In this document: positions 16,542-22,779 of the stretch, piece by piece
Layout of the letters: each line of letters starts with the position of its first letter
Numbering within the stretch: the stretch's first letter is position 1
NCBI GenBank assembly: GCA_943789275.1
Contig: CALSTM010000002.1
Location: 600,001-632,000, forward strand
Direction: 5' to 3'
Length of the DNA: 32,000 nt
Source: Candidatus Poseidoniaceae archaeon
Lineage (GTDB): Archaea; Thermoplasmatota; Poseidoniia; Poseidoniales; Poseidoniaceae
Made by a program: the position numbers and the translations under genes
The notes under the pieces: generated by a model
What the model saw: the letters and a program-made list of their open reading frames with translations, nothing else
Told to the model about the DNA's origin: nothing
Database searches by the model: none

Positions 16542-16634
16542 CCCAGACTTGAACTGGGGACACCCTGATGTCTGCTGAGACGTTTGTTTTTACACAACTA
16601 CAGTCAGGTGCTCTACCAACTGAGCTAAGCGAGG
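16531..16634 (-). tRNA. tRNA-Tyr (anticodon GUA) with a 28-nt intron at the canonical 37/38 position and an encoded CCA
   Basis: I folded it by hand. The acceptor stem is CCTCGCT/AGCGGGG (C1-G72, U3-G70). The D arm is GCTC-AGTTGGTA-GAGC. The anticodon arm is CCTGA-CTGTAGA-TCAGG once 16570-16597 is removed. The variable loop is GTGTC, the T arm is CCCAG-TTCAAGT-CTGGG, and the discriminator is A followed by CCA. CUGU (positions 32-35) can pair with GCAG in the intron as the central helix of a BHB motif. Confidence 0.9.
16570..16597 (-). other. tRNA-Tyr intron (28 nt)
   Basis: The sense-strand sequence is ttgtgtaaaaacaaacgtctcagcagac. Removing it restores the 7-nt anticodon loop CUGUAGA, which is the loop I recall for M. 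jannaschii tRNA-Tyr. Confidence 0.8.
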
Positions 16635-16657
16635 TATTCCAACGCACCAACCTCCAC

Positions 16658-16665
16658 TACTTAAT
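16658..16665 (-). promoter_or_regulatory. Candidate TATA box for tRNA-Tyr
   Basis: On the minus strand ATTAAGTA ends 24 nt upstream of tRNA position 1. The motif TTAAGTAG-GGA recurs upstream of ftsZ on the other strand. Confidence 0.4.
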
Positions 16666-16810
16666 CCTCATCAATTAGGCAAGAGGCGGGAAAGCGTCTT
16701 TGGAGTCTGAAATCAGCAAAAATCTCCAATCCAACCCTTACCTTATCATAGGTCGAGGTCTATGACAACCTACGAGGAGTTTGGAATGAACAATCTACTG
16801 CCAAAATCGC

Positions 16811-16830
16811 CCTCTCGATTGACTCGGGAA
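16811..16830 (-). repeat. Fourth, partial copy of the left block of the repeat, located on the other side of the tRNA
   Basis: CCTCTCGATTgActCGGGaA compared with CCTCTCGATTtAgcGGGGA: the first 10 nt are identical and 15 of 19 match overall. Confidence 0.5.
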
Positions 16831-16839
16831 TGTGCGCGC

Positions 16840-16846
16840 TTAAGTA
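16840..16846 (+). promoter_or_regulatory. Candidate TATA box for ftsZ
   Basis: cTTAAGTAgggaaag lies 38-44 nt upstream of the ATG at 16884 and has the same core as the tRNA-Tyr candidate. Confidence 0.35.
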
Positions 16847-16883
16847 GGGAAAGAGTAGGCTCTCGGAATCAGGATGTGTAGGG

Positions 16884-18038
16884 ATGGGACCCGGTACTGC
16901 AGGAACTGATAACAGCACACTCGCCGACATGGTGAGCCAAATGGCCAAAGAAGCCAAGCGCGGTGCAACCGCTCTCATGGATGAAGAGGTTGGAACACTT
17001 GGTGTGCCAAATCCACGTATCCTCATCGTTGGTTGTGGAGGTTCTGGAAACAACACCCTCAACCGAATTACTCACTTGGGTGTCGAAGGCGCTGTCACGG
17101 TAGCCATCAATACCGATAAGCAGCACTTGGATCACACCCGTGCCTTGCAAAAACTCCTCGTTGGCCGTCACATTACCCGAGGTCTTGGTGCTGGAGGCGA
17201 CCCTTCGACCGGCCGCCGATGTGCAGAGGCTGGCCGAGAAATGATTCGAAGAATTGTCACAGGTGCTGACCTCGTGTTCATCGCCAGCGGATTAGGTGGA
17301 GGTTCTGGAACCGGAATCTGTCCAATCGTTGCTGAAGAAGCAAAAGCTGCTGGTGCACTCGTTGTTGGTATCGTTACCACGCCGTTCCATGTTGAGCGAC
17401 GACAGCGCATGACCAAGGCGCTCGAAGGCTTGGAATCGTTGCGAAGAGTTGCTGACGCTGTGCTGGTGTTGGACAACAACCGACTGCTGCACTATGTGCC
17501 TCACCTTCCATTGGATGAAGCGTTCTCCATCATGGACCAATTGGTTGCTGAAATTGTCAAAGGCATTGTTGAAACCATTACGCTACCTTCCCTCATCAAT
17601 TTGGATTTCGCTGATGTCCGTGCCATTATGGCCAACGGCGGCGTCACCATGATGCTCTACGGTGAAAGCGACCGCGGACCAGAAGAAGTCGTTCATGAAG
17701 CACTCAATCATCCGCTCTTGGATGTCGATATCTCTGGAGCAACTGGCGTTTTGATTCACGTCACCGGTGGGCGATACATGACGCTCGATACCGCATCGCA
17801 AGTGGTCGACTTGTTGACCTCAAAGGTCAGCGAAGATGCCAACGTCATTTGGGGTGCTCGACAAGACGCTGGGTTTGGCGATACCATCAAGGTCATGGCC
17901 ATCATTACCGGCGTTGGAGGAACCGATTTGAGAACCGCTCGAATGCAGCCAAACTTGCTCGGTGACGCTCTTCGACTCACCCAAGACCAAGGTCAAAACC
18001 AGGGCAACGACAACCTCGGATTCCAGCGTTTTGACTGA
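16884..18038 (+). CDS. ftsZ: Cell division protein FtsZ
   Basis: Motifs IVGCGGSGNNTLNRI, NTDKQHL, TRGLGAGGDPSTGRRCAE and the tubulin signature GLGGGSGTGICPIVAEEAK are present. Confidence 0.92.
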   Translation: MGPGTAGTDNSTLADMVSQMAKEAKRGATALMDEEVGTLGVPNPRILIVGCGGSGNNTLNRITHLGVEGAVTVAINTDKQHLDHTRALQKLLVGRHITRGLGAGGDPSTGRRCAEAGREMIRRIVTGADLVFIASGLGGGSGTGICPIVAEEAKAAGALVVGIVTTPFHVERRQRMTKALEGLESLRRVADAVLVLDNNRLLHYVPHLPLDEAFSIMDQLVAEIVKGIVETITLPSLINLDFADVRAIMANGGVTMMLYGESDRGPEEVVHEALNHPLLDVDISGATGVLIHVTGGRYMTLDTASQVVDLLTSKVSEDANVIWGARQDAGFGDTIKVMAIITGVGGTDLRTARMQPNLLGDALRLTQDQGQNQGNDNLGFQRFD

Positions 18039-18095
18039 AAAAGCGTACTTTTAGCCTGTTGTTCGACAGTCCACAGATTCGTAACCGTCAAATGT

Positions 18096-18932
18096 ATGGA
18101 GCACCGCATCTCAACCATGCGAGCCAAGACCCTTGTGGCGCTTATCCTTGTTGCAATGATGTTGACACCTGTTCAAGCAGGCGATGTCTCCGTGTCTCAA
18201 AGCGAACCTGCTGAAGACCCAAAGCAACCGAACGCCAACAACACCACGATGTACATGTGGAGCAACGGCATGGCCACCGAATGGACGCACTTCAACACCA
18301 ACGAAACCGAATCGGTTGAAGAAGGCGAGTTGTTCGAAGAAAAGGACAACGGCCAGATCAACATCAAGTATCGATTCACCATGGACCCAACCCTCGACAA
18401 GCGACTCAACATGACCGTAGGAGGAGAAATCCGTGGCAATTTCAACGTCTACTGGGAAGGTGACATCGACAACGGTGGCGACGGCACCTGCAACAACGAT
18501 TGCGAATACCTCAACATCACCGTTTATCGCGGCGCAAGCAAAGTCTACCAGCACACCGAACAACCGTGGCCTGCTGGAAACTGGAAGAGCGTCGTGTTCT
18601 CCTACACCATCAATGAAGAAGACGGTCACAACGTCTGGGATTCAACCAACGACAACCCATCGTTGAAGTCACCATGAAGGTCAAAGGCGACCTATCAACG
18701 GCTCGATTTTTCTCTTCAAGGAGACGCAGCTGCATTTGGATTCAAACTCGGTGAAGAAGCACGTGTTGAACTGCCAATCGATGAATCCTCTTGGAGCAAA
18801 GATTTCCAAGCAGGCATGGATGACTCCATGGGTGATGAAGACACACCAGGATTCACACTCGTCGTCGCCTCTGCAGCAATTGCAATGGCGGTCTTTGTCA
18901 ACATCGGCAAGGAAGAAGAAAACGAAGCGTGA
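18096..18932 (+). pseudogene. Secreted protein with a PGF-CTERM-like C-terminal anchor, interrupted by an in-frame TGA at 18675-18677 (either a disrupted gene or a sequence error)
   Basis: The 193-codon ORF carries a signal peptide (MRAKTLVALILVAMMLTPVQA). After the TGA, the same frame stays open for 84 more codons and ends ...DEDTPGFTLVVASAAIAMAVFVNIGKEEENEA*. The downstream part has no start codon of its own until 35 codons before its end. It ends 1 nt from the convergent hisS stop. Confidence 0.55.
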
Positions 18933-18933
18933 T

Positions 18934-20283
18934 TCAGCGCATGGCTTGAATCGCTTCGGCGATCGCTTCTGTCGTGAGGCCAACCGCTTGCTGTTCTCCG
19001 GATTGCAAGTTCTTGACCATCGCTTGATTGCTCTCAAGGTCACGAGGACCAACGACGACCGTGAATTGGCAACCAATCGAATTGGCCCACTTCATGGCTT
19101 TGGGAATCTTTCGCCCACGCAACTCCAATTCAATGCGCTCTCCTGCGTTTCGTAAGCCAGCAACAATCGGAAGAACTGAGCCTGAATCAATGCCGAACGG
19201 AATGAAAGCAACCAGGCCTTTCGGATCGGTCTCGCCAGGAACAACTTCGCTGCGACCGCTTGCTTCTGCTTGTGCTTCAAGAGCGAGCAGCACGCGGTCA
19301 AAGCCGAGACCAAAACCACAACTTGGGTCAAGGTCAGGCAGACCAAACAGGTGTAGGAGCTTGTACGAGCCACCACCGAGCACTTGACCTTCGCCACCCA
19401 ATTCAGGAACTTTGACTTCAAACACCATTCCGGTGTAGTAATCCAATCCACGAGCGACCGTCAAATCCACCGCTAACGATGGAGGTGCTGGGGCTAAGGC
19501 AGCAACAGCGTTGAGCGTCGTTTGCAAATCATCCAGTGCTTCAAGGGAAACACCAGCGAGTGAAGAGAGGATTTCTCGTGCCGGTCCAAGCGTCTCAATT
19601 CCGCCTTCAAGGTCAGCCAGTGCCCGCAAAGGAGCAGCATGTTCAGGATTGATACCGTTGGTAGTGAACAGTTGAGCAAGTCCAGCATCATCGCCCTTGT
19701 CGAGGAATCGCATGGCGCTGGCAACGGGTGGTTCACTGGCACCGTCTGGAGTATCTGCTGACAAACCGAGGCCTGTAAGTGCGCCCTTGAGGATTCCAAC
19801 GTGTCCAATTCGAATTTCCCAGTTTTCAAGACCGCATGCATCAAGCATATCGATGGCCAAAGCAATGACTTCGGCTTCTGCAAGTGGACCTGCCTCACCA
19901 ATCAATTCCACACCGTACTGGAAGAACTCGCGGTAACGGCCTTTTTTGGATTCTTCATAGCGGTAGCACTGACCATAGTAGGAAAGACGCAGTGGTTTCT
20001 GGAGCATCTGCATGCCTTCTTCAGCAATCATTCGCATGACTGGAGCCGTTAATTCTGGACGAAGCGTCAATTGTCGTTCACTCTTATCTTCAAAGGCGTA
20101 CAATTGTGAGACAATACCTGGGCCTGACTTGGCTGTGAACAAATCCAACGACTCGAAAATTGGCGTTTGAATGCGAGAAAAACCGTGACGGCGAGCACGC
20201 TCTTCCAAGAGTTGCTCAAACGCCAAGCGACGCGCCATCACCTTTGGCGTGAAGTCACGGGTTCCGCGAGGGCGTTGCACCAT
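18934..20283 (-). CDS. hisS: Histidine--tRNA ligase
   Basis: The N-terminus reads MVQRPRGTRDFTP. Class II motifs include FRYERPQ-like CYRYEESKKGRYREFFQ and GGGSYKLL...GFGLGFDRV. Confidence 0.92.
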   Translation of the reverse strand: MVQRPRGTRDFTPKVMARRLAFEQLLEERARRHGFSRIQTPIFESLDLFTAKSGPGIVSQLYAFEDKSERQLTLRPELTAPVMRMIAEEGMQMLQKPLRLSYYGQCYRYEESKKGRYREFFQYGVELIGEAGPLAEAEVIALAIDMLDACGLENWEIRIGHVGILKGALTGLGLSADTPDGASEPPVASAMRFLDKGDDAGLAQLFTTNGINPEHAAPLRALADLEGGIETLGPAREILSSLAGVSLEALDDLQTTLNAVAALAPAPPSLAVDLTVARGLDYYTGMVFEVKVPELGGEGQVLGGGSYKLLHLFGLPDLDPSCGFGLGFDRVLLALEAQAEASGRSEVVPGETDPKGLVAFIPFGIDSGSVLPIVAGLRNAGERIELELRGRKIPKAMKWANSIGCQFTVVVGPRDLESNQAMVKNLQSGEQQAVGLTTEAIAEAIQAMR

Positions 20284-20349
20284 GAACGTTCCACGAACCG
20301 ACTGTTCATCACCTCTTCGCTTTGAACAGGGAGAGAACGAGCGTTTTGT

Positions 20350-21051
20350 TCAGTCGTTCTCTTCGAGGTTTTTGAACCAATTATCGCTCCAATCGGAATC
20401 ATCGACCAAAGGTTCATCCTCTGATGGCCAGGCTTCCTCGTCCTTACTCGAGTCGGTGCCTATCAACGCATCCAAATCCGGTGCGGGGGGGATTGCTTGT
20501 TCGATGTCAAGCGGTTCTTCTTGATGTTCAACATCTTCGGGCTCCGCACCCTCATGTTCAACATCTTCGGGCATATCTGGAAGCGCTTGACCCTCTTCGA
20601 GAATCACGCCTTGGTCTTGACGAACCTCGATCTGTGCGTCGATGTCCAATACATCGTCATCACTGATTTCAAGCATTGGCTCTGCCAACGCTGCTTCAGC
20701 AGAAGGTGCAGATTCTGATTGTTCGAATGAAGGCTTTGCTTGCCGTTCGGTGCTGAAGGCTGCGAAAGCATCGGAAACTTCACTGCTCGGGGGAGGCATT
20801 GCTCGTGCTCGTTCCTCGGCTTTACGGCGTTCGTACAGTGCTTTTTCCTCAAGCGCTGCTTTTTCTTGCTCCATTTGCGCCTCAACGGCACGCCACATCC
20901 GAGTTTCCTCCTTCTTCTTAGCAATCGATTCTTCTCGTTCCAATTGAGCTTCACTCGGACGGTCGTAGCGTTTCCAAAACCACCAAGAAACAACGATAAG
21001 AATCAGCGAGACGATTAGCCCAATCGCCAACGTCTCGACGAGGTCGTCCAT
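20350..21051 (-). CDS. Membrane-anchored, highly acidic coiled-coil protein of unknown function
   Basis: It has an N-terminal TM helix (LAIGLIVSLILIVVSWWFW), a charged helical region and an acidic tail. It sits immediately downstream of the SNF transporter gene on the same strand. Confidence 0.5.
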   Translation of the reverse strand: MDDLVETLAIGLIVSLILIVVSWWFWKRYDRPSEAQLEREESIAKKKEETRMWRAVEAQMEQEKAALEEKALYERRKAEERARAMPPPSSEVSDAFAAFSTERQAKPSFEQSESAPSAEAALAEPMLEISDDDVLDIDAQIEVRQDQGVILEEGQALPDMPEDVEHEGAEPEDVEHQEEPLDIEQAIPPAPDLDALIGTDSSKDEEAWPSEDEPLVDDSDWSDNWFKNLEEND

Positions 21052-21060
21052 CGCTTCACC

Positions 21061-22767
21061 TCAAACAAGTTCAGCTTCCACGGAGTAGTCTTTCGACAAG
21101 TGCTCAAATCCAGGCGCAATCTCACCAAGCGCAACGACCAGTTCGTCGTCGCCACCAGGCAATGTTGAGATATCGACGTCCGCTCCCTTCGGAATGTTTC
21201 GGTAGAGTGGTCGACGGATGAGGAACTTGTTGAACGAGATGAACAACGCCGCAATAACGCCCCAGAACAGCAAGATGATGCCAAGACCGTTTGGATTTGC
21301 TGGATTCCACACATTGTCCGTGTTGGCAATCATATCTGCGAAGTAAGAGAACATGAGAACGGAGAACAAGATTGGGAAGGCCAAATACATCAGCAAATCC
21401 CACCAGCGTCCGACGATGATATCGTTGTCACCGGTGTTGATGAAGTCGTCTCGGAAGGCCGAGACACCAAAGCCGAGGTAACCCTTGAAACCTGGAGGAG
21501 CAACGCCCGCCTCAACGCCAGACTTCCAGCGCATGTAGCCGTACTTCCAAATTGAGAAAGCAATGAAAAGACCTGAGAACATCAATCCATAGCCCCAGAT
21601 GTGGTCTTGGACTTCCAAGAATTGTGGGAAGGCTACCCCGCCGTCGTCGAGTTTGATCCACATGATAGCGGATGGTAGTCCGAACAGGAACAAGGCGATG
21701 CCGGTAAGTGCAACGGATTTCTCTCGCTCAAAACCGTGGTCAACGAAGTTTCGTACGCACAATTCGACGGTTGAAATCATTGAAGTCATCGCGGCAAAAG
21801 ACAGCGCCAAGAAAAAGCCCGCCATCATGAACAGTGGGCCAACGGGTGCAAACGGTGCTTGAGCGAACACTTCAGGAAGCGCAAGGAAGGTGATAGCGGA
21901 GGAGCCTTCGGTAACGGTCCCCAATGGGTCTGGATTGACTGCGAAAATTGCGGAAAGAACGGCAAGACCAGCGATAATCGAAATGCTGTTGTTGGCAAGT
22001 CCCATGGTGAAAGCGTTGAGAACGGTGTCCTCGTCTTTACTCATGTACACCGCATAAGTGATGCACATACCCATACCTGCAGAACACGACCAAGCCGATT
22101 GTGATAACCCGTTGATCCACACTTCCGGTTCAAACAGCATGTCAAAGTCAATGGTAAACATGAACAGTGCCCCATCAAGAGAACCGTCTGAGAAGTCCAT
22201 CCAGAGCGAGAGGAACAGCGTCAAGAACAGCAAAGCGAACAGTGAAATCATCAGATAGAAGTTCACCTTCTCAATCGCTTTCGCTCCCTTCCAAATTGCG
22301 GCAAGGGTCAAGGCAATGACCAAGAATTGGAAGAAAATAACCTGCCCAGGGTTCTGTAAGAAGGCGTTCCATACTTCTGTCGTGTCGACGCCCTCGCCGT
22401 TGAGTGCACCGGTAATTCCGAGTTGGAAGTACTTGATGGTCCAGCCTGAAACAACGGCGTAATAGAATCCAATAGCGGTAGAAATCCAAGCGGTCCAAAG
22501 ACCCATCCAAGCGAATTTCTTTCCAGCGAAGATACGGAACGTACCGATGGTACCCGTACGGCTTCGCTTACCCATGGCGTATTCAGCAATCACCAGCGGA
22601 ATCGACCAGATGAACAAGAAAAACAGCCACGGGACGAGGAATGTACCTCCGCCGTTGGCACCGACCATTCGAGGGAATCGCCAGATGTTACCGGTACCGA
22701 TAGCAGCACCGATGGAAGCGAAGATAAGGCCCATACGGCCGTTAAATTGGTCGGATTCTTCTGCCAT
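21061..22767 (-). CDS. Sodium-dependent transporter of the SNF (neurotransmitter:sodium symporter) family
   Basis: The N-terminal signature is GAAIGTGNIWRFPRMVGANGGGTFLVPWLFFLFIWSIPL. About 12 TM segments are predicted. Confidence 0.9.
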   Translation of the reverse strand: MAEESDQFNGRMGLIFASIGAAIGTGNIWRFPRMVGANGGGTFLVPWLFFLFIWSIPLVIAEYAMGKRSRTGTIGTFRIFAGKKFAWMGLWTAWISTAIGFYYAVVSGWTIKYFQLGITGALNGEGVDTTEVWNAFLQNPGQVIFFQFLVIALTLAAIWKGAKAIEKVNFYLMISLFALLFLTLFLSLWMDFSDGSLDGALFMFTIDFDMLFEPEVWINGLSQSAWSCSAGMGMCITYAVYMSKDEDTVLNAFTMGLANNSISIIAGLAVLSAIFAVNPDPLGTVTEGSSAITFLALPEVFAQAPFAPVGPLFMMAGFFLALSFAAMTSMISTVELCVRNFVDHGFEREKSVALTGIALFLFGLPSAIMWIKLDDGGVAFPQFLEVQDHIWGYGLMFSGLFIAFSIWKYGYMRWKSGVEAGVAPPGFKGYLGFGVSAFRDDFINTGDNDIIVGRWWDLLMYLAFPILFSVLMFSYFADMIANTDNVWNPANPNGLGIILLFWGVIAALFISFNKFLIRRPLYRNIPKGADVDISTLPGGDDELVVALGEIAPGFEHLSKDYSVEAELV

Positions 22768-22779
22768 TCATACCCCTCC

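Noticed and set aside
16561-16600. A C/D-box sRNA inside the tRNA-Tyr intron (TGATGT ... CTGA)
   Set aside because: The box-like strings are on the antisense strand and only 3 nt apart. They are simply the complement of the anticodon stem. The sense strand has no C or D boxes.
16298-16634. Whether the repeats are att-site scars left by integrative elements that target the tRNA 3' end
   Set aside because: Only 12 nt (TGGGAGCGGGGA) of each unit match the tRNA. The units are contiguous with no cargo between them. No integrase is present in the 32 kb. The unit also copies the 3' end of the upstream CDS, which fits local tandem duplication better. This explanation is not fully excluded without comparative data.
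16681-16800. A possible C/D-box sRNA in the tRNA-ftsZ spacer (minus-strand ATGATAA ... CTGA)
   Set aside because: The C-box is imperfect, the boxes are only 26 nt apart, and there are no internal D'/C' boxes or terminal stem.
18675-18677. Selenocysteine decoding of the in-frame TGA
   Set aside because: TGA is used as an ordinary stop codon by neighbouring genes (trmH, ftsZ and the photolyase). I cannot see a SECIS-like element, no Sec machinery is in the window, and Sec is rare in archaea. Disruption or sequence error is more parsimonious.
20524-20572. An exact 19-nt direct repeat at 30-nt spacing (ATGTTCAACATCTTCGGGC, two copies)
   Set aside because: It is an in-frame tandem duplication that encodes PEDVEH twice within the acidic low-complexity tail of the 20350..21051 protein. 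This is ordinary repeat expansion, not a separate element.
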